A stretch of DNA of 32,000 nucleotides from Synechocystis sp. PCC 6803 substr. PCC-P (GTDB lineage Bacteria; Cyanobacteriota; Cyanobacteriia; Cyanobacteriales; Microcystaceae), in NCBI RefSeq assembly GCF_000284455.1, contig NC_017039.1:900001-932000 (forward strand), written 5' to 3'. Below, piece after piece: positions 18,071-28,013 of this stretch (within the stretch, counting starts at the first letter, position 1; each line of letters starts with the position of its first letter). A model generated the notes under the pieces. It searched no databases and was not told the origin of the DNA. It saw nothing but the letters and a program-made list of their open reading frames with translations. The position numbers and the translations under genes were made by a program.

Positions 18071-20269
18071 ATGAATGGTATTCACCGTTGGCTTTTCCGT
18101 TTAAGCATTATCATCCAGTTGCTCTGGGGTTCGGCGCCGGTAACTGGAACCCAGGTGGTGCGGATCGGAGTTTATGAAAATCAACCAAAGATTTTTCTCA
18201 ATGATCAAAATAGGCCAGTGGGCTTTTGGATTGACGTAATCGAGGCGATCGCCGCTGCGGAGAATTGGCAAATTGAATACCACCTTTGTGAATGGCAAGC
18301 CTGTTTGCAAAAGCTAGAGGCAGGGAAAATAGATCTAATGCCCGACGTAGCAGTCAATCCTGAAAGAGCAAAAAAGTTTCAATTTAATCAAGAAGTAGTT
18401 CTAAACAGTTGGTCAATTATTTATGCTGCGAACAATGCCAATATCAATTCTATTATTGATCTAGAAGGAAAAAGAATAGTAGTTTTAAAAAATAGTGTTC
18501 AAGAAAAGAATTTGATTAAGCGTTTGGCTGAACTAAAAATAAAAGCAGAAATAATTCAAGTTGACTCATTTTCGGAGCTGTTTAAAAAAATAGATGCAGG
18601 GGAAGCCGATGCTGGAGCGGTTAATTACTTTTTTGGTAACCGTTTCAGCCATCAACATAGGGTACGTCCGACCAATATGGTTGTTGACACTTCCCAATTA
18701 TTTTTTGCTGCTTCTCGCCAAACTAATCCAGCTATTTTACGTAATATTGATGAACAAGTAAATTTACTAAAAGCGGATACTGATTCCATTTATTATGAAT
18801 CTCAAAAACGATGGTTATTTAATAACCCGTTATTGACCATACAAAATCTCCGCGCCATTATCCATCGGCTGATTATAATTTTTATTATCGTCACCGTTGC
18901 TATTGTTATTATTTGGAATTATCGTTTACAAAAAGAAATTAAATTAAGAAAAGCTAGCCAAAATCAACTTTCCTACCAAGCTCTTCATGATACTTTAACA
19001 GGTTTGGCTAACCGAGCCTTGTTACTCCAAAGGTTGGAATTTGCTGGCCACCAAATCAAAAACAATCCAAAATCTCGATTTGCTCTTCTTTTCATTGATT
19101 TAGATCATTTCAAATTAATTAATGATAGTTGGGGCCATTCCGTTGGAGATGCTCTCTTAATTAAGATCGCAGAAAAACTACAAATTAACTTAAGGGAAAC
19201 AGATTTAGCTGTCCGTTTAGGGGGAGATGAGTTTGTGATTTTTTTAGAAAGTATTACGGAAATTAAACAGGCGATCGATGTTGCAGAACGGATTCTTATC
19301 CACTTACGTTTGCCCGTGCAAATTCAAGCCAAAGAACTATTTGTTAAAGCTAGTATTGGCATTGTCATTGGTAGTATTCATTACTATGAACCTGAAAGGC
19401 TGATAAGGGATGCAGATATTGCTATGTATCAAGCTAAAAATAATGGGCGCAACCAGTACGCTGTTTTTGATCCTTCCATGCACCAAACAATTTTAGAACG
19501 CTTAAGTTTGGAGCATGATTTTCGCAAAGCCTTAGAACAAGAAACACTAGAGTTATATTATCAGCCTATAATTTCTTTAGTTAATGATAGACTACAAGGG
19601 TTTGAAGCTCTTATACGTTGGCAACATCCTGAAAAAGGTTATATTAATCCAGAGCAATTAATTGCGATCGCCGAAGAAACTGGACTAATTATCATCCTTG
19701 GACAATGGATTATGCAGCAAGCTTGCCAACAAATTGCCCAATGGAGAGAAATTACTAATGATGATAAAATCTATGTCAGTATTAATCTTTCCCCTAATCA
19801 AATTTGTCGTCCCCTTTTTGTAGAAGAAATTGAAAACATATTACAAACAACAAAGCTTGATGGTGATGCCTTGGTGCTAGAAATAACAGAAGGAGTTTTA
19901 ATTCAACACTTAGAAATAGTAGCAGAATGCCTTAAAAAAATAAAATCTCACGGAATCAAAATTAGCATTGATGACTTTGGGACTGGTTATTCTTCTCTCA
20001 GTTACTTATATCGATTACCAGTAAATTACTTAAAAATTGATCGTTCCTTTATTAATCAAATAACAGAAGATTCTCCGTCCCAATCCATTGTTAAAACTAT
20101 TATTACCCTTGGGGATTTACTGGATATTCAAACTGTAGCAGAAGGTGTTGAAACAAACGATCAGTTAAATTTACTTAAAAAAATGGGCTGTGGCTTGGGG
20201 CAAGGTTATTTCTGGTCTGAACCGATGACAGTTAGGGAAATTGATTGTTTCCTGGACTGTATTGTCTAA
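18071..20269 (+). CDS. Membrane sensor with periplasmic solute-binding (SBP_bac_3-like) domain, GGDEF and EAL domains (Slr2077-like)
   Basis: SBP-like VVRIGVYENQPKIFLNDQNRPVGFWIDVIEAIAAAENWQIEY; TM LIIIFIIVTVAIVIIWNY; RETD-LAVRL-GGDEF (intact I-site spacing); FEALIRW, ISINLS, LEITEG, SIDDFGTGYSSLSYL, KIDRSFI. Confidence 0.95.
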   Translation: MNGIHRWLFRLSIIIQLLWGSAPVTGTQVVRIGVYENQPKIFLNDQNRPVGFWIDVIEAIAAAENWQIEYHLCEWQACLQKLEAGKIDLMPDVAVNPERAKKFQFNQEVVLNSWSIIYAANNANINSIIDLEGKRIVVLKNSVQEKNLIKRLAELKIKAEIIQVDSFSELFKKIDAGEADAGAVNYFFGNRFSHQHRVRPTNMVVDTSQLFFAASRQTNPAILRNIDEQVNLLKADTDSIYYESQKRWLFNNPLLTIQNLRAIIHRLIIIFIIVTVAIVIIWNYRLQKEIKLRKASQNQLSYQALHDTLTGLANRALLLQRLEFAGHQIKNNPKSRFALLFIDLDHFKLINDSWGHSVGDALLIKIAEKLQINLRETDLAVRLGGDEFVIFLESITEIKQAIDVAERILIHLRLPVQIQAKELFVKASIGIVIGSIHYYEPERLIRDADIAMYQAKNNGRNQYAVFDPSMHQTILERLSLEHDFRKALEQETLELYYQPIISLVNDRLQGFEALIRWQHPEKGYINPEQLIAIAEETGLIIILGQWIMQQACQQIAQWREITNDDKIYVSINLSPNQICRPLFVEEIENILQTTKLDGDALVLEITEGVLIQHLEIVAECLKKIKSHGIKISIDDFGTGYSSLSYLYRLPVNYLKIDRSFINQITEDSPSQSIVKTIITLGDLLDIQTVAEGVETNDQLNLLKKMGCGLGQGYFWSEPMTVREIDCFLDCIV

Positions 20270-20377
20270 GTAAAAAATAAATCAGCTCTACTATCTAAAT
20301 TTTAATTTTATTGACTACAGCACTAAACAATAGTGTAGATTAAAACAAAAGTTTTTACTAAAAATTTTGTTTGCTTA

Positions 20378-20557
20378 ATGAAATGTACCTGTAACAGAAC
20401 CAACTTTGCCTTTTCTAACGGACATCCTTCACCTGTAAAAATAACTCTCTTGTTATTGCTATGCCATCAAATGCGCTGTCGTTACTGCAATCGTAAAAGA
20501 ACAGTTTTTCTGCCCTATTTTTGGCTCACCATGTTGTTCGAGCTTAAAATTAATTAG
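20378..20557 (+). CDS. Possible 59-aa cysteine-rich small ORF or remnant
   Basis: Manual translation: MKCTCNRTNFAFSNGHPSPVKITLLLLLCHQMRCRYCNRKRTVFLPYFWLTMLFELKIN*. MRCRYCNRKR looks like half of a short zinc-ribbon. No clear Shine-Dalgarno. Confidence 0.25.
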   Translation: MKCTCNRTNFAFSNGHPSPVKITLLLLLCHQMRCRYCNRKRTVFLPYFWLTMLFELKIN

Positions 20558-20585
20558 ATCTTTGTCGGTGAAATAATCCAGAGCC

Positions 20586-21170
20586 ATGTGGCATCTTCCT
20601 CCCAGTAATTTGCAGAAATGGCATCTATGCCAAAGCCAGATGGTGCTAAACAATCCTTGGTGCCGGGTTCGTCGGGATACGGTGCAATTGCCCAATGGGA
20701 CTTTGATCGATGACTACTTCGTCAATATGCGGCCAGAAATTGTGATGGTTTTGGCCCTAACCCCCCAACAGGAAATTATTTTTGTGCGGCAGTATCGCCA
20801 TGGAGTGCAGGAAATTTTATTAGAATTACCTGCCGGTACTTTTTTCCCCGACCAGGAAAGCCCCACTGCTGCTATTCGCCGGGAATTAGAAGAAGAAACT
20901 GGTTACCAGATTACCAATTTGCTCAACTTAGGTTGTATTTATGATAATCCCGTCAAAGATCAATCCCGTCTCCATCTTTTCCTTGCCCCAGATGTGACTC
21001 CCACGGGAAAAAAAGCTTGGGATATAACGGAAGAAATTGAGATGGTGTTAATGCCGATCGCCGTGGTACGGGAGCAGATTTTTTCCGGAAAAATTAGGGT
21101 AGCAGGTAGTTTAGCGGCTCTGTTACTTGGCCTAGAGAAACTATCCAGTCTTCATTTTCCCTTACACTAA
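20586..21170 (+). CDS. Nudix hydrolase (ADP-ribose pyrophosphatase-like)
   Basis: Nudix-box-like ELPAGTFFPDQESPTAAIRRELEEETGY plus upstream VRQYRHGVQEILLELPAG. The precise start is uncertain. Confidence 0.9.
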   Translation: MWHLPPSNLQKWHLCQSQMVLNNPWCRVRRDTVQLPNGTLIDDYFVNMRPEIVMVLALTPQQEIIFVRQYRHGVQEILLELPAGTFFPDQESPTAAIRRELEEETGYQITNLLNLGCIYDNPVKDQSRLHLFLAPDVTPTGKKAWDITEEIEMVLMPIAVVREQIFSGKIRVAGSLAALLLGLEKLSSLHFPLH

Positions 21171-21196
21171 GGGTTTAAGGCTACTTGTGCCGAGGT

Positions 21197-21781
21197 TTAA
21201 CTCAATTTACCGAAGGGCTGACCCCACCAGCGCCAACATTCTTTGTTAAAAGGCGATCGCCATTTGAGAATTAACTCCTTTTCCCAGGCAAGGAGGGTTT
21301 TCTTTTCCGGGGGCACATGGGGCCAAAAAGACGCCACCACTTCCACTTCTAATTCATAGCGGCGGTGTAGTTCGATATAGCTCAAAATATAGTCCTTACA
21401 ATCGTGGGTGCCCTGCCAACGTTGGTCTGCTGTCAATTTGGTTTCCCCCACGTAAAGCAATAATGGCCAACGGCGATCGAGGATGAAATATAAACAACCT
21501 TGATTTTCCCCGGTTATATTGGCTGAATCCTTGCCCTGTCGCCAAAACAGGGAAGACTGTTGGGGCAAAGTAAATGGGTCAATTTCGTCGGCATGGTGCC
21601 AACTGGTGACCGGGGCATCAAACAGCGAAATTTGCTGGGGTTGGCCAGTTTTCCGTTGACTCTGTTGATATTGGTGAATTTTTTCCTGCCAATCTTCCAA
21701 ACCCTGGCGATCGAGCAGCAATTTTGGCTCCCGCTTGACTCGATAGCTTGAGGGAGCATCAAACAGTTTTAGCTGTTCCAA
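21197..21781 (-). CDS. GIY-YIG nuclease-like protein with N-terminal QxxLF motifs
   Basis: GCLYFILD...LLLYVGETKLTADQRWQGTHDCKDYILSYIELHRRY...ELILKWRSPFNKECWRWWG resembles a GIY-YIG-like core. Confidence 0.7.
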   Translation of the reverse strand: MEQLKLFDAPSSYRVKREPKLLLDRQGLEDWQEKIHQYQQSQRKTGQPQQISLFDAPVTSWHHADEIDPFTLPQQSSLFWRQGKDSANITGENQGCLYFILDRRWPLLLYVGETKLTADQRWQGTHDCKDYILSYIELHRRYELEVEVVASFWPHVPPEKKTLLAWEKELILKWRSPFNKECWRWWGQPFGKLS

Positions 21782-21803
21782 AATACTTTCCTAACCTAGG
21801 GTT

Positions 21804-22892
21804 TTATAAAGTTTTACACTGGGCTTGGAATCGCAACAAATGGTCACAAAGTACTAATGCAGCCATCGCTTCCACCATGGGCACAGCCCGGGGCAAAACG
21901 CAGGGATCATGGCGACCTTTAGCGGCTAAGGTGGTTTCCTCCCCAATGTTACTAACGGTTTTTTGCTCTTGACCAATGGTGGCAGTAGGTTTAAATGCTA
22001 TGCGCATAATAATGGGTTCGCCGTTGCTGATGCCTCCCTGAACCCCCCCAGAACGGTTGGTGCGAGTACGCCATTCCCCCGCTTCATCCAGGTAGTACTC
22101 ATCATTATGTTGACTACCAGTCAGTAAAGTACCGGCAAAACCAGAGCCAAACTCAAACCCCTTGGTAGCGGGGAGGGACATCATTGCCTTGGCCAAATCC
22201 GCTTCCAACTTATCAAACACTGGTTCCCCCAACCCCTTGGGAGCGTTACGGATCGCACATTCCACCACCCCGCCAATGGAGTCTTTTTGTCGTAGCACCT
22301 GGTCAATGCGTTCAATCATTTTTTCGGCACATTCTTCATCGGGACAACGAACAATATTGCTTTCCACTTGCTCCAAGGTCACCGTATTGCTGTCCACCGT
22401 CGCCTCAATGTCTTGGATACTTTTCACATAGGCCACAATTTCCACCCCGTTAAACTGGGCCAGAATCTTTTTGGCGATCGCCCCTGCGGCCACCCGGCCA
22501 ATGGTTTCCCTAGCAGAAGAGCGACCTCCTCCTTGCCAATTGCGAATGCCATATTTCGCTTCATAGGTGGCATCGGCGTGGGAAGGACGATATTTCACCG
22601 CCATCTCATTGTAATCCTGGGAACGGGCATCCTTATTTCGCACCAAAATGGCGATCGGTGTACCCAGAGTTTTACCCTCGAACACGCCAGAGAGAATTTC
22701 GCATTGATCTGCTTCCTTACGAGGGGTGGTAATTTTGCTCTGTCCTGGCCGCCGCCGGTCTAGGTCTACTTGGATTTCCTCTGGGGAAATTTCCAATCGG
22801 GGAGGGCAACCATCAATAATTACCCCCACGCCGCCCCCATGGGACTCACCGAAGGTGGTAATGCGAAATAAACTGCCAAACGTGTTTCCCAT
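21804..22892 (-). CDS. aroC: Chorismate synthase
   Basis: [31 protein letters not shown]; [17 protein letters not shown]; [39 protein letters not shown]. Confidence 0.99.
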   Translation of the reverse strand: MGNTFGSLFRITTFGESHGGGVGVIIDGCPPRLEISPEEIQVDLDRRRPGQSKITTPRKEADQCEILSGVFEGKTLGTPIAILVRNKDARSQDYNEMAVKYRPSHADATYEAKYGIRNWQGGGRSSARETIGRVAAGAIAKKILAQFNGVEIVAYVKSIQDIEATVDSNTVTLEQVESNIVRCPDEECAEKMIERIDQVLRQKDSIGGVVECAIRNAPKGLGEPVFDKLEADLAKAMMSLPATKGFEFGSGFAGTLLTGSQHNDEYYLDEAGEWRTRTNRSGGVQGGISNGEPIIMRIAFKPTATIGQEQKTVSNIGEETTLAAKGRHDPCVLPRAVPMVEAMAALVLCDHLLRFQAQCKTL

Positions 22893-22954
22893 AAAATAAC
22901 CAATGCTGACTGACCAGTCTCTTATTTTAAGTATTTTTTGGAACGAGGCATAGA

Positions 22955-22989
22955 TAAAAATAAACGGGCCAAGGAAATATCCTAGCCCG
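22955..22989 (-). terminator. Rho-independent terminator of the rplJL end of the operon
   Basis: Minus strand CGGGC-TAGGATATTTCCTTG-GCCCG followed by TTTATTTTTATC. Confidence 0.75.
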
Positions 22990-23098
22990 AAAAAGAAATT
23001 ATTGGGAATTGGAGTCTAATAATTTAGCTTCCAAAAAAAGTGAACAGAAAGTAAATGACCGGCTAAATAATTAGGCAAATAGCAAATATGCCAAACGA

Positions 23099-23485
23099 TT
23101 ATTTAACAGCGGCTTTACCACCAGCTTCTTCGATTTGTTTTTTGATGGCTTCAGCATCATCTTTACCGGTAGCTTCTTTGATGGCTTTGGGGGTGGATTC
23201 CACCAATTCTTTGGCTTCTTTCAGACCCAAACCGGTGATGGTGCGGACAACTTTCAGCACAGCAATTTTCTTGTCGGCAGGAACTTCTTCGAGGATAACG
23301 TCGAATTCAGTTTTTTCCTCAGCGGCTTCGGCGGGGGCAGCGGCAGCGGCGGCCATAACCATGCCACCAACGGGGGCAGCGGCGCTAACACCAAAAGCTT
23401 CTTCGATTTGTTTAACTAACTCGGAAGCTTCCAACAAGGAAAGACTTTTTAACTGTTCTAAAATTTGATCGGTTGCAGCGGACAT
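23099..23485 (-). CDS. rplL: Ribosomal protein L7/L12
   Basis: C-terminus [72 protein letters not shown]. Confidence 0.99.
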   Translation of the reverse strand: MSAATDQILEQLKSLSLLEASELVKQIEEAFGVSAAAPVGGMVMAAAAAAPAEAAEEKTEFDVILEEVPADKKIAVLKVVRTITGLGLKEAKELVESTPKAIKEATGKDDAEAIKKQIEEAGGKAAVK

Positions 23486-23572
23486 AGAAATGACTCCTAT
23501 AGGTAAGTAGGTTAAATCTGATTAGACAAACCAAAAACAAATGACTTTGGGGTGAACAGGGTGAAAACAACC

Positions 23573-24094
23573 CTATTCTTTGTCCACATGGGCTTGGAGA
23601 CCACGGGCCACGGAAGCTGGAACTTCTTTGATGCCCAGGGCAATCTTGGTAGCCAGGGCATTGATGCCGCCGGCAATTTGACCCATAAGTTGCTCTTTGG
23701 AAGGCAAATCACCGATCGCCTCCACGTCAGCTTGGGTTAGGCTTTTTCCTTCTAATACCCCACCCCGTAGTTCGGTTTTTTTGGTATCTTTCTGGAATTT
23801 TTTGTAAGCCTTAATTGCGCCGCCCAGGTCTTCTTTCAAGACAAGAATAGCGGTGGTTCCCGTCAGAAATTCTTCCATGGGAGACCAGGCTTCTTGTCCT
23901 GCCAGTGCCCTACGGACAAGGGTATTTTTGGCAATCTTACAGGTTCCACCCAGGGGGCGGAGCCGGTTTCTTAAATCGGTAATTTCGGCAACGGTTAACC
24001 CTTGATAATCAATGATCACCGTCATTTGAGCGTCCTGGAATAACTCCTGAACATCACTGATTACCGTCGCTTTATTTTCTCTCGTTCTTCCCAT
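23573..24094 (-). CDS. rplJ: Ribosomal protein L10
   Basis: MGRTRENKATVISDVQELFQDAQMTVIIDYQGLTVAEITDLRNRLR...; likely start at 24094 (track ORF begins at 24127). Confidence 0.97.
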   Translation of the reverse strand: MGRTRENKATVISDVQELFQDAQMTVIIDYQGLTVAEITDLRNRLRPLGGTCKIAKNTLVRRALAGQEAWSPMEEFLTGTTAILVLKEDLGGAIKAYKKFQKDTKKTELRGGVLEGKSLTQADVEAIGDLPSKEQLMGQIAGGINALATKIALGIKEVPASVARGLQAHVDKE

Positions 24095-24224
24095 TCGGGT
24101 TTCACCTCCTTGGGGTTGGGATAGCAAGCATTAAACACACAATAAAAATGCCCCTTGGCGATCGCCGGGGCTGAAGCAGAGGATCAAAAGCTGTCAAGGA
24201 AGCAAATCCCCAACAAACTCAAAT

Positions 24225-24305
24225 CTTGATTCAGGCTTCAACCTCGGCAGGTTAATTAAGCAACCCTAATTGCTCCTGCGGTCTTTGGCATAGCCAGTTA
24301 AATAA
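24225..24305 (-). promoter_or_regulatory. L10 leader (autoregulatory r-protein mRNA structure) upstream of rplJ-rplL
   Basis: Minus strand AAAGACCGCAGG-AGCAA-TTAGGG-TTGCT-TAATTAA-CCTGCCGAGG. It has nested GCAGG/CCTGC and AGCAA/TTGCT stems and resembles the conserved L10 leader core. Confidence 0.75.
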
Positions 24306-24340
24306 ATAGTGGCTAGAAATGACTCGGAAATTGTCGTCGC

Positions 24341-25057
24341 TTAGTTATCCTCAAACTTCAGATCGCGTAAAGCATTGATGTCTACAGGGATGGAAGGACC
24401 CATGGAACTGGACACAAATACGGTGCGCCAGAAACGACCCTTTGCCCCCGAAGGACGATTGCGGTCAATGGTCTCTTGCAGCGCTTTTAAATTCGCCAAT
24501 AAATCATCGGCGGAAAAAGAGGCCTTTCCAAACATAACATGAACGATGCCCGTACGATCAGCCCGGAATTCTAATTTTCCGGCTTTAAATTCATTTACCG
24601 CCGCGGCCAGGTCTGCGGTTACCGTTCCCCCCTTGGGAGAAGGCATGAGACCCCGGGGCCCCAATTGTTTACCCAACCGGGCAATTTTGGGCATCATATC
24701 AGGGGTGGCAATGAGCACGTCAAAGTCCATCATGCCCTTTTGAATTTCTTCAATCAATTCCTCAGAACCGGCAATGTCAGCCCCAGCATCGGTGGCCTCC
24801 TTGACCTTTTCCCCCCGGGCTAGCACGGCTACCCGTACTGTTTGCCCTGTTCCTTTGGGTAAAGAAACAGTGGTCCGAATTTGTTGGTCACTGTATTTGG
24901 GATCAATGCCCAGACGGATGTGGGCTTCGGCCGTCTCATCAAATTTGGCAGTGGCGGTTTCCTTGAGCAACTCCATGGCCTCTAACGGGCTATAGAGTTT
25001 GCTGTCATCTACCTTGGCGATCGCCGCCTGCATGCGTTTTGAAAGCTTTTTAGTCAT
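24341..25057 (-). CDS. rplA: Ribosomal protein L1
   Basis: [53 protein letters not shown]...[30 protein letters not shown]. Confidence 0.99.
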   Translation of the reverse strand: MTKKLSKRMQAAIAKVDDSKLYSPLEAMELLKETATAKFDETAEAHIRLGIDPKYSDQQIRTTVSLPKGTGQTVRVAVLARGEKVKEATDAGADIAGSEELIEEIQKGMMDFDVLIATPDMMPKIARLGKQLGPRGLMPSPKGGTVTADLAAAVNEFKAGKLEFRADRTGIVHVMFGKASFSADDLLANLKALQETIDRNRPSGAKGRFWRTVFVSSSMGPSIPVDINALRDLKFEDN

Positions 25058-25143
25058 GGATTTGGTAACTCCTTGGGTACTGGCGAAGTAGGGAACTTCT
25101 CCCCGAAATAAATGGAAAACTTATTGGGTCTAGGCCCTCAAAC

Positions 25144-25569
25144 TTAGCTGTTGACAGTAATACCCATATTGCGGGCTGTGCCTTCAATAATATTCATGGC
25201 CGCATCAATGTCGTTGGCATTAAGGTCAGGCAATTTTGTTTGGGCAATTTCCCGCAGTTGCTCCCGGGTAATGGAAGCCACTTTGTTTTTATTCGGTTCA
25301 CTAGATCCCTTTTCCACCCCAGCGGCTTTACGGATGAGCACCGAAGCAGGAGGAGTTTTGAGGATAAAGGTGAAACTACGGTCTTCAAACACCGAAATTT
25401 CCACAGGAATAATCATCCCAGGCTTATCGGCGGTCTTGGCATTGTACTCTTTGCAAAATGCCATGATATTAACCCCATGCTGACCCAAAGCGGGACCAAC
25501 GGGGGGAGCAGGGTTAGCCTTGCCAGCGGGCAGGGCCAGTTTAATCAGAGCGACGACTTTCTTGGCCAT
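25144..25569 (-). CDS. rplK: Ribosomal protein L11
   Basis: [46 protein letters not shown]. Confidence 0.99.
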   Translation of the reverse strand: MAKKVVALIKLALPAGKANPAPPVGPALGQHGVNIMAFCKEYNAKTADKPGMIIPVEISVFEDRSFTFILKTPPASVLIRKAAGVEKGSSEPNKNKVASITREQLREIAQTKLPDLNANDIDAAMNIIEGTARNMGITVNS

Positions 25570-25670
25570 TGCTTATGTATGTCTAAGTTAATGTGATTAG
25601 GATGTGAATTAACGGCGATCAAACCCACCGCGGGGAGCGAGAATTTACTTCCAATCTCCCACTAAAGGGT

Positions 25671-26342
25671 TTAATTCTGTTTTTCCACCTGGGTAAATTC
25701 CAATTCCACCGGGGTTTCCCGACCGAAAATGGACAGTAAGGCTTTTAGCTTACTTCTTTCTGGACTGACTTCAATCACGTCCCCTTCAAAATCCTTAAAG
25801 GGGCCGGAGAGCACCATGATGTGATCACCGATTTCCATATCGATTTTCACCACGGGTTCCTGCTCATCCACGTGACGGAAGATTCGTTCCACTTCCCCAT
25901 GACTGAGGGGCATGGGTAAAACGTGGCCCCGCCCCCGACCATAGTGACGCTTCTGCTCAGAGCCGACGAAGTTGATCACGTGGGGGGTATTTTTTACCAC
26001 CTGCCAAGCGTCATCGTCCATAATCATGCGGATGAGCACGTAGCCAGGGAAAATTTTCTCTTCCCCCTGCACCCTTGCCCCGTCTTTGCGGATTTTTACG
26101 ATGGGAGTTTTGGGAATTTCCACCTGGAGGATGCGATCAGCCACGTCCAAGGTGTGAATCCTCTGCTCAAGGTTTAACTTAACCCGCTTTTCACAGCCAG
26201 AGGCTACCTGTACGGCAAACCAATGGCCTTCGGAGGGTGTTTTTTTGTTTTGTTCCGCGACCGGAGATTGATCGTCAGTGAAGCTCATGACAACATGTAC
26301 GAGGAATATTGACTGGGGGGATTGCCGGCAATCCAGGCTCAA
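25671..26342 (-). CDS. nusG: Transcription termination/antitermination protein NusG
   Basis: WFAVQVASGCEKRVKLNLEQRI...IFPGYVLIRMIMDDDAW...VRNTPHVINFVG-type region; KOW motif DHIMVLSGPFKDFEGDVIEVSPERSKLKALLSIFGRETPVELEFTQVEK. Start probably at an internal Met. Confidence 0.96.
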   Translation of the reverse strand: MSLDCRQSPQSIFLVHVVMSFTDDQSPVAEQNKKTPSEGHWFAVQVASGCEKRVKLNLEQRIHTLDVADRILQVEIPKTPIVKIRKDGARVQGEEKIFPGYVLIRMIMDDDAWQVVKNTPHVINFVGSEQKRHYGRGRGHVLPMPLSHGEVERIFRHVDEQEPVVKIDMEIGDHIMVLSGPFKDFEGDVIEVSPERSKLKALLSIFGRETPVELEFTQVEKQN

Positions 26343-26567
26343 GTTTGAGCAAGACTGGGCAGAGTGAATGTTGGGGATTTAGAATTTCTAAAACTTCAAC
26401 AGGATCGAAAAAATAAAAAATATCGAGGGCGTAGCTGAGAAATAAAAATCTTATTTTACTTAGATAACTTAACAGGAAGCTTGACTAGAAGTTTCTCATC
26501 AGCTATCGAAAGAAAGTCAAAGCTTATTGGGCAGTAATTTACCGACCCCTTGGCTCCACTGAGTTCG

Positions 26568-26813
26568 TTAACCGAAAAGGAAAGGTTGTTTGGTAATCCA
26601 GCCAAAGATTTGATCAACGAAGTAGATAACCGTCGAAACCAAGATAACCATCAAAATCACGGCTACGGATTCGCTGATTAGCTGTTGACGGGAGGGCCAA
26701 ACCACTTTTGCCAACTCATCTTTGGTGGCTGCAATGAAGTTGCTCCGGGCCTGGACATTGTCCACGGAATTGTCTTCGGTACTGTCGGTTCTGACCGCTT
26801 CCTTCTTAACCAC
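26568..26813 (-). CDS. secE: Preprotein translocase subunit SecE
   Basis: ATKDELAKVVWPSRQQLISESVAVILMVILVSTVIYFVDQIFGWI; located between trnW and nusG. Confidence 0.95.
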   Translation of the reverse strand: MVKKEAVRTDSTEDNSVDNVQARSNFIAATKDELAKVVWPSRQQLISESVAVILMVILVSTVIYFVDQIFGWITKQPFLFG

Positions 26814-26924
26814 AGGTTTTTCTTGCCTCCCAAATCGTTATAACTAATGAGAAAATCTGGAACATCACCGAACGCAAAGTCGAATAATTGCGTAACAATC
26901 GTTGGCGAGGTAATTGGTGGTCAA

Positions 26925-26997
26925 CGCGCCCTGGAGGACTTGAACCCCCGACATCAGGTTTTGGAGACCTGCGTTCTACCAACTGAACTAAGGACGC
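26925..26997 (-). tRNA. trnW: tRNA-Trp (anticodon CCA)
   Basis: 73 nt: GCGTCCTTAGTTCAGTTGGTAGAACGCAGGTCTCCAAAACCTGATGTCGGGGGTTCAAGTCCTCCAGGGCGCG. Acceptor GCGTCCT/AGGGCGC, anticodon arm CAGGT-CTCCAAA-ACCTG, TTCAAGT in the T loop. No CCA encoded. Confidence 0.97.
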
Positions 26998-27114
26998 ATA
27001 GTCTGGGCTGAGGTTAGCCCTGGAGTCTGCACTCTGGCACCATCATACCCTAATTTGCTGCCAATTCCCATCGATGGCGATCGCCATTGGTGTTGGAGAT
27101 CACAGTTTCGCTGA

Positions 27115-27498
27115 CTACAGAGCCCGGTCAAACCGCTGCTTGATGCGGGTAGCTTTACCAACCCGATCCCGGAGATAGTAAAGTTTGGCCCGACGAACCT
27201 TACCGCGGCGCAACACTTTGATGCTGGCAACCCGGGGAGAATGGAGCAGGAAAACCCTTTCCACACCAACACCTTGGAAAATTTTCCGTACGGTAATGGT
27301 TTCGCTGATGCCGCCGTTGCGTTTGGCAATGACGGTGCCTTCGTAGGGTTGGATCCGTTCTTTCCCACCTTCGACAATCTTGACCCCAACCTTGATGGTG
27401 TCACCGACATGGATGGTGGGCAGGTCTTCTTTGAGAAACTCTGCCTCAATGGAATTGATTATGGCTTGGGCGTTCATGGTCATAGTAAAAACTGACAA
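27115..27498 (-). CDS. rplS: Ribosomal protein L19
   Basis: [91 protein letters not shown]. Likely start [11 protein letters not shown], 7 codons in. Confidence 0.98.
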   Translation of the reverse strand: MSVFTMTMNAQAIINSIEAEFLKEDLPTIHVGDTIKVGVKIVEGGKERIQPYEGTVIAKRNGGISETITVRKIFQGVGVERVFLLHSPRVASIKVLRRGKVRRAKLYYLRDRVGKATRIKQRFDRAL

Positions 27499-27575
27499 TT
27501 TCTCATCATAACTGATTTACCCTCTTTTGCAAAAGTTGCTTTTTTCCCACTTGCCTTGCTGTTGCGCCCGGACTG

Positions 27576-28013
27576 TTGGCCGCTAGAATGCAGTTTTGCT
27601 GGATCATAATTGAAAAGCCGATGACCACCATTACCTCCCAGGCGATCGCCCGTTACCGTGACCAACTTGCCCATTGTCCGGAGGCAATGCAGGCGCTGGA
27701 TACCATCGAGGATTGTGAAGGTAATTTAGAAGATGCGGCCCTGACCCTGGGCATCCAAGTGGGGCAACAGCCCGATCGCAATGATTGGCTAGAGGGTTTG
27801 GCCAAAAGATGCCGAGTAGCCATTTGTGAGGGGGGTTTTCCGGCGGCATTAAAAGACAATAACATCAGTACAGTGGTCAATCACCTTAGCGAACGCAAAG
27901 TCTGTCATCCCCTGTTAGCGCCCCTGGTGGTGGCCTATGTTTTGGAGCAAGGCATTGATGATTTTTGCGCTCCTATCCATTTCAAGCTCAATTACGATGG
28001 TGAAAACAATTGA
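27576..28013 (+). CDS. Conserved cyanobacterial hypothetical protein
   Basis: MTTITSQAIARYRDQLAHCPEAMQALDTIEDCEGNLEDAALTLGIQVG...; likely start ATG at 27621. It is tightly coupled to the next gene. Confidence 0.75.
   Translation: MAARMQFCWIIIEKPMTTITSQAIARYRDQLAHCPEAMQALDTIEDCEGNLEDAALTLGIQVGQQPDRNDWLEGLAKRCRVAICEGGFPAALKDNNISTVVNHLSERKVCHPLLAPLVVAYVLEQGIDDFCAPIHFKLNYDGENN

Noticed and set aside
22162-22763. Plus-strand ORFs antisense to aroC
   Set aside because: They overlap an unambiguous chorismate synthase and have no domain evidence.
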